Source: a virus
DNA: 64,000 bases
Reading direction: 5' to 3' (one strand)
Virus record (IMG/VR): IMGVR_UViG_3300027756_000004
Below the pieces are notes generated by a model. That model was not told the DNA's origin. It did not search any database and saw only the letters and a list, made by a program, of their open reading frames with translations. Numbering within the stretch: position 1 is the stretch's first letter; each line of letters starts with the position of its first letter. Shown here piece by piece: positions 1-8,438 of this stretch. Made by a program: the position numbers and the translations under genes.

Positions 1-333
1 GGCTGTATACCAGCCATATATCTGTCGCACAAATTGGATATACCGCATCAAACATTGAATGTGAGCTTGCGAGATCACGCAGATACTCCAGATCTCCGCA
101 CATTGGAAAAGGTGTATGCTTGGCAGAAACGGGTGTTGATCTTGGATGATATCAATGACACAGGAGCCACTTGGAATTACATTATGAACAATTTTGGCAA
201 GCCTGAAAGACTGAAGTTTGCTGCCATACTGCACAACACTGCCAGCACCTATCAAGAAATAGATTACAAAGGTTATGTGATCAACAAACTGGAAGATCCT
301 AGATGGATTGTGTTTCCTTGGGAGCAATGGTAA
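1..333 (+). CDS. Phosphoribosyltransferase (type I, xanthine/guanine PRT-like), 5'-truncated by the window
   Basis: Frame is open from base 1 (GCIPAIYLSHKL...). PRPP-binding motif VLILDDINDTGAT and C-terminal WIVFPWE are typical of Gpt-like PRTases. Confidence 0.85.
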   Translation, partial: GCIPAIYLSHKLDIPHQTLNVSLRDHADTPDLRTLEKVYAWQKRVLILDDINDTGATWNYIMNNFGKPERLKFAAILHNTASTYQEIDYKGYVINKLEDPRWIVFPWEQW

Positions 334-334
334 C

Positions 335-715
335 ATGCACACCACAGACACTCTGGAACAAGCACAAAAAGAAGGCCGAGCTCCTTGGTCAAAAATAGTG
401 TATGATTTAAAAGATTGTGTGTGGTATGAAGATGCATATCCTGTCACAGAAGGACACGCACTCATAGTGCCTCGAGAAGCCAGTCAACAGAATATCACCA
501 AGTGTTTTGAATTGGCACTGAAGATTGGCAACGAAAACATTCAAAAAGGATTGATAGATGGTTACAACATTGGCATCAACATGGGAGCAGCAGCAGGGCA
601 GACTTGCATGTATCCACATGTACATTTAATTCCAAGACGCAAAGGGGATATGGTGGATCCCAGAGGCGGTGTGCGTCATGTGATCCCTCACAAAGGAAAT
701 TATAAAAATGACTAG
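335..715 (+). CDS. HIT-family nucleotide hydrolase
   Basis: YPVTEGHALIVP, GYNIGINMGAAAGQT and YPHVHLIPRRKGD motifs. ATG at 335 follows GGAG at 321-324. Confidence 0.85.
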   Translation: MHTTDTLEQAQKEGRAPWSKIVYDLKDCVWYEDAYPVTEGHALIVPREASQQNITKCFELALKIGNENIQKGLIDGYNIGINMGAAAGQTCMYPHVHLIPRRKGDMVDPRGGVRHVIPHKGNYKND

Positions 716-1535
716 AGCATTTTTCATAGGAGACAGTCACACTTGTGGATATGTCACTGTGCCTGACAAAACAGGTCCAGGCAGTTATACCTATTGGAAT
801 AATAACAACTATGCTGAAATTTACAACACAGTGAACAATAAACCTGTGTGCATCTATGCACATGCAGGCACAACCAATAGAATGTACACTGATTGGATGA
901 AACACATGTTTAATAAATTTCCAGACACAGATGAAGTGTTTCTTTGTTTAGCACCATTGAATAGATTTGTGTTGGCCTTTGACGAAAAACTCACAGATGA
1001 AGCATTGCCTTTGGATTATTTTGTGCATGAATGTGAACAGAGCACAGATGCAGTGAAAAAATATTTGGATCTATTGTTGAAAGAAGGCAGAGTTCAATTA
1101 TACAATAAACCCACAGCAGAAGACTACAATCGATTTCCAGGCTTGCAGATTAGTGAAACTGAAGGACTACAGAAGCCAGACATTAGAAAAAATACTTTTA
1201 TGGAGATCAAATTGTTTTTTGAATTGAACACACATTTAGAAAGACGTGATTTTTTACTGAATGTGTTTGCATGGGATAGGATATGTGGAGATCACAACGC
1301 CAAACTTTATGTGTTTAACTTCATGAACAGATTAAAATGGCCCAAAAGTTTGGAATATTATGGTCAATTAAAACACACTACCGTGGCAGAAAAAACCATT
1401 GAACAATACATGTTGGATATAAATGTCAATCCTGTTGATTATCTATTGCATGACAAAGAACATTATAACTTTGATTATCACAAGTTGATTGTGGAGAAAT
1501 ACATACCATGGATAAAAAGTCAAAAAAAATCTTAA
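708..1535 (+). CDS. SGNH/GDSL-like hydrolase or acyltransferase
   Basis: N-terminal FIGDSH block I and C-terminal DKEH (DxxH). Confidence 0.55.
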   Translation: MTRAFFIGDSHTCGYVTVPDKTGPGSYTYWNNNNYAEIYNTVNNKPVCIYAHAGTTNRMYTDWMKHMFNKFPDTDEVFLCLAPLNRFVLAFDEKLTDEALPLDYFVHECEQSTDAVKKYLDLLLKEGRVQLYNKPTAEDYNRFPGLQISETEGLQKPDIRKNTFMEIKLFFELNTHLERRDFLLNVFAWDRICGDHNAKLYVFNFMNRLKWPKSLEYYGQLKHTTVAEKTIEQYMLDINVNPVDYLLHDKEHYNFDYHKLIVEKYIPWIKSQKKS

Positions 1536-2125
1536 TCATAGGTGACAGTTTTGCTTGTGATTGGCCCAACAGCAGCACTGGTTGGCCCAGTCAGTTGGCC
1601 ACACAATATGATGTGACCAATCTTGCACAGGCAGGTGTGAGTGAATACAAAATACTGCGACAGCTGATGGATTTTACCCAAACTAATCCTTGGTGGCAGC
1701 ATGATTATAACTGTGTGATAGTGAGTCATACCAGTCCCAGCAGAGTACACACTCCACGCCATCCCATACATCAAGAAGGACTGCACAAAGATTGTGATCT
1801 GATTCTTAATGACATTGAATCTCGCAACAGTTGGTTTAATAAAAGTTTAGACACTGCCAAAAATTGGTTTAGATATCACTATGATGATCAATACCAAAAA
1901 GATATCTATAGATTAGTAAGAAGAGAAATACACAGAAGATTGGAACAAGTGACCAGTCTGCACATAGACAATTTTGGTATCAGTAACCATTTTGTAGAGG
2001 AACACAATCTGTTGGACTTCAGCATGATATGGCCTAACTACAGAGGGGAGATTAATCATTACAATGATGAAGGCAACCAAATTGTGCTGGCGCAAATTGT
2101 TGACAAACTGCAACAAATCTGTTAA
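1508..2125 (+). CDS. SGNH/GDSL-like hydrolase or acyltransferase
   Basis: ILIIGDSF, NLAQAGVS and C-terminal NHYNDEGN. Confidence 0.6.
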   Translation: MDKKSKKILIIGDSFACDWPNSSTGWPSQLATQYDVTNLAQAGVSEYKILRQLMDFTQTNPWWQHDYNCVIVSHTSPSRVHTPRHPIHQEGLHKDCDLILNDIESRNSWFNKSLDTAKNWFRYHYDDQYQKDIYRLVRREIHRRLEQVTSLHIDNFGISNHFVEEHNLLDFSMIWPNYRGEINHYNDEGNQIVLAQIVDKLQQIC

Positions 2126-2128
2126 AAT
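2100..2128 (+). promoter_or_regulatory. sigma70-type promoter upstream of folE
   Basis: TTGACA (2100-2105), a 17-nt spacer and TAAAAT (2123-2128), with an extended TGn. Confidence 0.7.
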
Positions 2129-2148
2129 AAAACAATATAAGGATTATA

Positions 2149-2835
2149 ATGAAAACATCTGAAAAGATAAGACAAAGATTGATTGCTGCTGGAGCAAATT
2201 TTCACGCCAATGACAATATTTCAGCACATATTGAACAGGATGAATTGAATCAGTTGGAACAGGAAGTCACTGAATCATTTGCGTCTGTGTTAAAAAGTCT
2301 TGTGATTGACACAGACAACGATCCCAACAGCAAGAACACTGCCAAACGATTGGCCAAGATGTATCTTACAGAATTAATGAGTGGTAGATATGAAACCAGA
2401 CCCGATGCCACAGCATTTCCCAATGTGGGCACAGATGCCTACACAGGCATGTTGGTGGTGCGATCTGAACTGAAGTCAGTGTGCAGTCATCATCATCAAC
2501 CAGTGAGCGGCGTGGCATACATTGGAATCATTCCCAATGGCCAAGTGATAGGTTTGAGCAAATACACTAGAATTGCACAATGGTGTGCTAGAAGAGGCAC
2601 TCTGCAAGAAGCATTGTGTAATGATATTGCTAATGAAATTCAAAAAGCCACAGGAGCCAGAGATCTTGGAGTTTACATACAAGCCACACATGGTTGTTGT
2701 GAAAACCGAGGCATAATGGCACACAGTTCACTCACACAGACTACTGTGCTGAAAGGCGCTTTTAAAGATGATGCTGGCACTAAAAAAGAATTTATGGATA
2801 ATATTAACCTGCAACAACAATTTGCACCAAGATAG
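2149..2835 (+). CDS. folE: GTP cyclohydrolase I
   Basis: SVCSHHHQP, GLSKYTRI, RRGTLQE and HGCCENRG motifs. Confidence 0.95.
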   Translation: MKTSEKIRQRLIAAGANFHANDNISAHIEQDELNQLEQEVTESFASVLKSLVIDTDNDPNSKNTAKRLAKMYLTELMSGRYETRPDATAFPNVGTDAYTGMLVVRSELKSVCSHHHQPVSGVAYIGIIPNGQVIGLSKYTRIAQWCARRGTLQEALCNDIANEIQKATGARDLGVYIQATHGCCENRGIMAHSSLTQTTVLKGAFKDDAGTKKEFMDNINLQQQFAPR

Positions 2836-2843
2836 GAGAACAA

Positions 2844-3050
2844 ATGAAAACTAAAGATGGACCATTCTACGCAGCATTTCAAGGAGATACTGCAAACGTG
2901 ATTAGACAAGAGTTAATCACATACAAGATTCGAGATGGCATTATGATTAAGGAAACTGTGCAGAGAGAATACAACAAATCAGGTTTAGATTACACTGATT
3001 CATCCACAGCAACGCCATTGGGAGAAATTAAAGATGAACATACAGCCTAA
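2844..3050 (+). CDS. Hypothetical protein
   Basis: 68-aa ORF with an AGGAG RBS, in operon order. Confidence 0.7.
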   Translation: MKTKDGPFYAAFQGDTANVIRQELITYKIRDGIMIKETVQREYNKSGLDYTDSSTATPLGEIKDEHTA

Positions 3051-3201
3051 AGACAACAGCCGAGGACATTTTTACATATCACTGATCAAAAGTGGATTTA
3101 GAATCATTGCAGGAGTAGCATTGATATACGGACATTTTATCACAGCAGGATCATTATTGATAATAGCTGAACTGTTGGGAATAGCAGAAGAATTAGTATG
3201 A
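3034..3201 (+). CDS. Small membrane protein (55 aa, absent from the ORF track)
   Basis: Manual translation MNIQPKDNSRGHFYISLIKSGFRIIAGVALIYGHFITAGSLLIIAELLGIAEELV. GGAG at 3021. Its TGA overlaps the queE ATG (ATGA). Confidence 0.75.
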   Translation: MNIQPKDNSRGHFYISLIKSGFRIIAGVALIYGHFITAGSLLIIAELLGIAEELV

Positions 3202-4058
3202 GCAAGATTAAGATAGCAGAATTATTTTACAGCATACAAGGTGAAGGACGCTACATGGGAGTGCCTTCGGTGTTCTTGAGAACATTTGGCTGTAATTTTA
3301 CTTGTGCTGGATTTGGCCTAACCAAAGGCATGAGAAGTGATGAGAATGACAGAGTATTTGAACAACACAAACTGCATCCATTCAAAGATTACAAAGAACT
3401 GCCTTTGGTGAACACAGGCTGTGATTCATATGCATCTTGGGATCCAAGATTCAAGGATCTATCTCCCATGCTGACATCAGATGCCATTGTGGAAAGAACA
3501 ATGGAGATATTGCCTCATAAAAAATGGGTGGATGAACATTTCATATTCACAGGCGGAGAACCTTTGTTGGGTTGGCAGAGAGCATATCCTGATCTGTTGG
3601 AACATGTGAAGATGCAGGATCTAAAAGAAATCACATTTGAGACCAATGGCACACAGAAATTGCATGAGGATTTTAAAAAATATTTGAAAGAATGGACACA
3701 ACGCAACAACAGAAACAAAGACAGTGTGACATTTTCTGTCAGTGCAAAATTAAGTGTGAGCGGAGAAAAACGTGAAGAAGCCATACTGCCTGAAGTGGTG
3801 GCTGAATATGCCGAAGTGGGTCATGTGTATTTGAAATTTGTGGTGGCAGATCAAACAGATGTGCTGGAAGCCATGGAAGCAGTGAAAGATTATCGTAAAG
3901 CAGGATTCTCGGGATCAGTGTATCTGATGCCTGTGGGTGGAGTAGAAAGTGTCTATCATATGAACAACAAAACAGTGGCAGAACTGGCAATGAAGATGGG
4001 ATATAGATACAGTGATAGATTACAGGTGCCTCTGTTTAAAAATGCATGGGGCACATAA
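3198..4058 (+). CDS. queE: 7-carboxy-7-deazaguanine synthase (radical SAM)
   Basis: ELFYSIQGEG, VFLRTFGCNFTC...GCDS, TGGEPLL, ETNGT and RLQVPLF. Lies next to folE. Confidence 0.9.
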   Translation: MSKIKIAELFYSIQGEGRYMGVPSVFLRTFGCNFTCAGFGLTKGMRSDENDRVFEQHKLHPFKDYKELPLVNTGCDSYASWDPRFKDLSPMLTSDAIVERTMEILPHKKWVDEHFIFTGGEPLLGWQRAYPDLLEHVKMQDLKEITFETNGTQKLHEDFKKYLKEWTQRNNRNKDSVTFSVSAKLSVSGEKREEAILPEVVAEYAEVGHVYLKFVVADQTDVLEAMEAVKDYRKAGFSGSVYLMPVGGVESVYHMNNKTVAELAMKMGYRYSDRLQVPLFKNAWGT

Positions 4059-4447
4059 TGGAGAAAAAAGACATGGGTATATTTGACAAAGTTAAAAAAA
4101 TATTTAAGAAAGATGATAAAACTGAACTGATGAGTGAATCACATCAAGCATTATTGCGTGAAAAAGAAGCAGCGACCAAAGCAGGCAAGCCTTGGGTGGC
4201 AGTGCTGGAAACTCACATCAACAAAGAAAACATTAGAAACGGTTTCTTTGAACTGGACTGGAACAATGCTTTCATAGAAGAATTGATCACAGCAGGATAC
4301 AAAGGTGAAACCAATGAAGAGATAGTGGATGGATGGTTTAAGGAAGTCACAAGAAATGTACTACAGGAACAAGGACAGGACCCCACACGTGGCGCTGGAT
4401 ACATCAATGTGAATAAACTTGGAAAGGATAGATCAGAAATTAGTTAA
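4058..4447 (+). CDS. Hypothetical protein
   Basis: TAATG coupling with the queE stop and with the next gene. Confidence 0.7.
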   Translation: MEKKDMGIFDKVKKIFKKDDKTELMSESHQALLREKEAATKAGKPWVAVLETHINKENIRNGFFELDWNNAFIEELITAGYKGETNEEIVDGWFKEVTRNVLQEQGQDPTRGAGYINVNKLGKDRSEIS

Positions 4448-5448
4448 TGACTTACTTGCTTGTGGATCTTGCTAACGTATTTTTTAGATCACGTCATGTG
4501 ACCAATGGAGACGTGTCGGAGAAGATAGGCATGGCTTTGCACATCACTCTAAATGGTGTTAGAAAAGTTTGGAAAGACTTTCGTGGAGATCATGTGGTAT
4601 TTTGTTTGGAAGGACGCAGTTGGCGCAAGGATTTTTACGCACCCTACAAACGCAACAGATCAGATGCACGTGCAGCACTCACAGCCAAAGAGAAAGAAGA
4701 AGAAACAGTGTTTTGGGAGACATTTGATAATTTTAAAGAATTTATTCAGAACAAAACCAATTGCACAGTGTTGCAAAATGCAAGATTAGAAGCAGATGAT
4801 CTTATATCTGCTTGGATACAAGCACATCCTAGAGATCAGCATGTGATCATCAGCACTGACAGTGATTTTGCACAGTTAATTGCACCCAATGTGAAACAAT
4901 TTAATGGTATTTCTGAAGTGACAATCACTCATGAAGGATATTTTGATCAAAAAGGCAATCCAGTCAAAGACAACAAAACAGGAGAGAATAAAACAGCACC
5001 TGAACCTGAATGGCAACTGTTTGAAAAATGCGTGAGAGGTGACAGCACAGACAACATATTTTCTGCATTTCCAGGAGTGAGGACCAAAGGCACCAAGACC
5101 AAAGTGGGATTGAGAGAAGCATATGAAGATAGAACCAACAAAGGATTCAATTGGAACAACATGATGTTGCAGAGATGGATGGATCACGAAGGTGTGGAGC
5201 ACAGAGTATTGGATGATTACAACAGAAACGTGATACTGTGTAATTTACGAGCACAGCCAGATGAAATTAAACAGATTATGTCTGCAACTGTGGCACAAGC
5301 AGCCCAACCCAAAGCAGTGGAACAAGTGGGAATCAAATTGATCAAATTTTGTGCCAAATGGGACATGCAAAGAATTGTGGACCAAGCACAGAGTTATGCT
5401 GAACCATTGAATGCCAAATATAAAATTAAAGAGGAGGTCACTGCATGA
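4447..5448 (+). CDS. rnh: T4-type RNase H / 5'-3' exonuclease (FEN-like)
   Basis: LLVDLANVFFR, SWRKDFYAPYKRNR, EADDLI, IISTDSDFAQL and RGDSTDNI motifs. Confidence 0.88.
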   Translation: MTYLLVDLANVFFRSRHVTNGDVSEKIGMALHITLNGVRKVWKDFRGDHVVFCLEGRSWRKDFYAPYKRNRSDARAALTAKEKEEETVFWETFDNFKEFIQNKTNCTVLQNARLEADDLISAWIQAHPRDQHVIISTDSDFAQLIAPNVKQFNGISEVTITHEGYFDQKGNPVKDNKTGENKTAPEPEWQLFEKCVRGDSTDNIFSAFPGVRTKGTKTKVGLREAYEDRTNKGFNWNNMMLQRWMDHEGVEHRVLDDYNRNVILCNLRAQPDEIKQIMSATVAQAAQPKAVEQVGIKLIKFCAKWDMQRIVDQAQSYAEPLNAKYKIKEEVTA

Positions 5449-5945
5449 CAGTGATTGCTAAACCCATATTGGACGGCAAATTTTGGATACTGGAATCAGA
5501 AGGTATCAAGTTGGGCACCCTGTGTCGTCAAGAAGATCACAGATACATGTTCAGTTGTGCCACTGGTACAAAAATGTTTGACACTGAACAGCAATTACAA
5601 CAAGAATTCAAAGGTGATTGGTTGTGGGGCAACACCACTGTGACTGTGTCACAAGAGTCCACTGTGGACTTCAACACAGTGTATGGATATCCCACCAAGT
5701 TTGAACCTTGCAATCCAATATTTGATGTGCAGAAAAAATTGCCTTTGTTCACCAAAAGTAAAAAATCCAAATCACTGTACTGTGCTGGATATTACATTAT
5801 CAAATTTGAAAAAGGATGGGTCAAAAGTTTTTGCCCAAAACTGTTGACCATAGATAGATATCCCAACAGAGGACCATTCAAAACACTGCTGGAAATGAAA
5901 CAGGAACTCAGCAGTGCCAACAAACAACAAGGAACAAATCAATGA
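5445..5945 (+). CDS. Hypothetical phage protein
   Basis: 166-aa ORF with ATGA overlap and a GAGGAGG RBS. Confidence 0.7.
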   Translation: MTVIAKPILDGKFWILESEGIKLGTLCRQEDHRYMFSCATGTKMFDTEQQLQQEFKGDWLWGNTTVTVSQESTVDFNTVYGYPTKFEPCNPIFDVQKKLPLFTKSKKSKSLYCAGYYIIKFEKGWVKSFCPKLLTIDRYPNRGPFKTLLEMKQELSSANKQQGTNQ

Positions 5946-6169
5946 CCACACCCATCAACACAGCACCCTTGCAGCAATTGATCCAGCAGATCAAAGTGGC
6001 TGATCAAAGCAATCAAAAAGAAGTGAAGATAGACATTACCACTGCCAAAAATGTGGCCTATGCTTTGGGCATTGTGATGAGTAGATTGGCTGGTGATTAT
6101 GAGAATCTATTGGTCAAAAAGGATCAAGCAGATCCCATACAAATACAGATGGATGGAGGAAAACTGTGA
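5942..6169 (+). CDS. Hypothetical protein
   Basis: 75-aa ORF with ATGA overlap. Confidence 0.65.
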   Translation: MTTPINTAPLQQLIQQIKVADQSNQKEVKIDITTAKNVAYALGIVMSRLAGDYENLLVKKDQADPIQIQMDGGKL

Positions 6170-6381
6170 GCATCAGTGACAAAGAAATAGAGCAAATAGC
6201 CAACACCACACTGCCCAACAACCATTTTAATCCCTACATGACTGCTCCTGAATACTTCCAAGAAGAAGGCGAAAACATGTGGATTAGATTCAAATTGAAG
6301 GCGTTTTTTCCCTTACTATGCATCAGTGGCGCATCCACACTAAGCCTACTGTGTGTGCTGTTTTACACCCTGTTTAAATAG
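6166..6381 (+). CDS. Small hypothetical protein with a C-terminal hydrophobic segment
   Basis: GTG start after GGAGG and a hydrophobic C-terminus. Confidence 0.55.
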   Translation: MSISDKEIEQIANTTLPNNHFNPYMTAPEYFQEEGENMWIRFKLKAFFPLLCISGASTLSLLCVLFYTLFK

Positions 6382-6432
6382 CAATCTCACACCACTAGCA
6401 GTAGTCTTACCAAAATATATTTTATCAAAAGA

Positions 6433-6440
6433 CATAAATA
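6433..6440 (+). promoter_or_regulatory. Putative late promoter (T4-late-like)
   Basis: CATAAATA about 30 nt upstream of the ATG at 6472. The same motif recurs before many genes. Confidence 0.5.
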
Positions 6441-6471
6441 TGTGTGCTTAATTCAGTTCATAAGGAGATGC

Positions 6472-6762
6472 ATGAGCAGACCCAAGCCTACAGTTCTTTT
6501 GGAGAACATTAATAAAAAAGACTACAAATCCGAACAGGTTTTGGATGCAGAAGCCATATGGGCCGTGTTTTACAAGAACAAACCATTCAATCTCAAATCA
6601 TCCAACATGACCACCAATTATCCTGGCCCCAAGTATAAGAAAGTATCCTTTTCAAATCCAGGACATGCGTTCAATCTTGCCAAGAAACTCAACACTCTTT
6701 TCAATGTGCAAGATTTTACTGTGGTCAAACTTACCCAAGGTGAAACAGTCACAGAAAAATAA
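6472..6762 (+). CDS. Hypothetical phage protein
   Basis: AAGGAG RBS before ATG 6472 (MSRPKPTVLLE). Confidence 0.7.
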   Translation: MSRPKPTVLLENINKKDYKSEQVLDAEAIWAVFYKNKPFNLKSSNMTTNYPGPKYKKVSFSNPGHAFNLAKKLNTLFNVQDFTVVKLTQGETVTEK

Positions 6763-7148
6763 TGGACTGGAAAAATACCTACACTAAAATATTCCTCCAG
6801 CAGGCTAATATAAGCATCACTGAAACTACCATAAAAGAATACCTACCCGTTTGGTGGAAAAACAGTAGAGTAAAAACTGAAGGAGGTTTGAGGCTCACTG
6901 AAGAAGGTCTTAAATTTGTGCAAGAAAGACTGCAATTACAGACTTATGATGTGCCTTTTCCTTTAGAATTCACCATAACCACACAAGTGTTGATATTTTT
7001 GGACAAATTCATAGATTGCCCATACTATCTAGCAGCGGATGGCATTGTGGTGACCAATGAGAAAAAGGCCATGGAACTTCACTTGTTTTCAGGCGACATA
7101 CGCAAGTATGGATTAATTAAGGCCATGAGTAGACCATTAGAATCTTAA
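6762..7148 (+). CDS. Hypothetical phage protein
   Basis: 128-aa ORF with TAATG coupling. Confidence 0.7.
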   Translation: MDWKNTYTKIFLQQANISITETTIKEYLPVWWKNSRVKTEGGLRLTEEGLKFVQERLQLQTYDVPFPLEFTITTQVLIFLDKFIDCPYYLAADGIVVTNEKKAMELHLFSGDIRKYGLIKAMSRPLES

Positions 7149-7213
7149 ATTATCCACAATTTTCAAGTGTTTTTAAACTGTTGAATCTGAACACTTTTTT
7201 CTTTCAAAAAAGT

Positions 7214-7242
7214 TTGACTTATTATTCTTCAGATGCTATTAT
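7214..7242 (+). promoter_or_regulatory. sigma70-type promoter for the AAA+/vWA operon
   Basis: TTGACT, 17 nt, TATTAT with extended TGn, and A/T tracts upstream. Confidence 0.7.
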
Positions 7243-7287
7243 GTAATAACAATAAGGCACTGAAACAAACTAAAAAAGGAGTACATT

Positions 7288-8400
7288 ATGGCAAAGTCAG
7301 ACAAAGACAGTCTAGCAGTAAGACAGATTAGTCCCAACAACGCAAAGAGAAGCATCACACACGCAATCAACAAACAACGTCCTATATTTTTATGGGGAGC
7401 ACCTGGTATTGGTAAATCCGATATAGTGCATCAGATTGCAGACAGCATAGATGCCAAAGTGATCGATATCAGATTAAGTTTATGGGAACCCACAGATATC
7501 AAAGGAATTCCCTACTACAATGCCAAAGAAAACAATATGATTTGGGCCGCTCCCAGTGAACTGCCTACAGAATCAATGGCTAATAATCATAAAAAAATTA
7601 TACTATTTTTGGATGAAATGAATTCAGCCGCACCATCAGTGCAGGCGGCAGCATATCAATTGATTCTCAACAGAAGAGTGGGCACATACAAACTGCCTGA
7701 CAATGTGGTGATTATTGCCGCTGGTAACAGAGAAGCAGACAGAGGCATCACATATAGAATGCCTGCGCCATTGGCCAATAGATTCATACACATTGAAATG
7801 AAAGTGGATTTTGAAGATTGGTTTCAATGGGCTGTGCAACACAACATACACAAAGATGTGGTGGGTTTCCTCACATTCAGCAAAAAAGATTTATACGATT
7901 TTGAGCCCAAGAGTTCAGGCAGATCATTTGCAACTCCTAGATCTTGGACATTCGTCAGCGAATTACTTGGTGACGAAATAGACGAGAGTACCACAGCCGA
8001 CCTAGTAAGCGGTGCTGTGGGTGAAGGACTCGCAGTAAAATTCATGGCTCATAGGAAAGTAGCTAAGGACCTACCAAATCCGTCTGACATCCTGTCAGGG
8101 AAGGTAGAAAAAATGAAGACCAAAGAAATCAGTGCCATGTATTCCTTGACGGTCTCCCTTTGCTACGAACTGAAAGACGCATGTGATAAGAAAGATAAGA
8201 AGTTTAATGACAAGGTCAATAAGTTTCTTAGATTTTCTATGGATAACTTCGACACTGAAATAGTGGTGATGGGCATTAAACTTGCACTCACACAGTATCA
8301 GTTGCCAATTGATCCAGACAGTATCAAATGCTTCGATGAGTTCCATGAGAAGTACGGCAAGTATGTGATTGCCGCACAAAAGGTCACTCCAAAAGAGTAA
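7288..8400 (+). CDS. MoxR-like AAA+ ATPase
   Basis: Walker A GAPGIGKS, Walker B ILFLDEMN, AAGNR, PLANRF and TPRSW. Confidence 0.9.
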   Translation: MAKSDKDSLAVRQISPNNAKRSITHAINKQRPIFLWGAPGIGKSDIVHQIADSIDAKVIDIRLSLWEPTDIKGIPYYNAKENNMIWAAPSELPTESMANNHKKIILFLDEMNSAAPSVQAAAYQLILNRRVGTYKLPDNVVIIAAGNREADRGITYRMPAPLANRFIHIEMKVDFEDWFQWAVQHNIHKDVVGFLTFSKKDLYDFEPKSSGRSFATPRSWTFVSELLGDEIDESTTADLVSGAVGEGLAVKFMAHRKVAKDLPNPSDILSGKVEKMKTKEISAMYSLTVSLCYELKDACDKKDKKFNDKVNKFLRFSMDNFDTEIVVMGIKLALTQYQLPIDPDSIKCFDEFHEKYGKYVIAAQKVTPKE

Positions 8401-8404
8401 CCAT

Positions 8405-8430
8405 ATTGGGGCACTTTAGGGTGCCCCAAT
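8405..8430 (+). terminator. GC-rich stem-loop between the ATPase and vWA genes (weak terminator or mRNA stabiliser)
   Basis: Perfect 10-bp stem ATTGGGGCAC/GTGCCCCAAT with a 6-nt loop, and only a short T tract after it. Confidence 0.55.
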
Positions 8431-8438
8431 TTCATTAA

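Noticed and set aside
6412-6423. Palindrome AAAATATATTTT
   Set aside because: AT-only 12-mer in an AT-rich spacer, not repeated at other promoters.
7150-7158. Perfect DnaA box TTATCCACA upstream of the AAA+ promoter
   Set aside because: Single copy. The same 9-mer occurs inside a CDS at 26544-26552, so chance occurrence is plausible and there is no box cluster.
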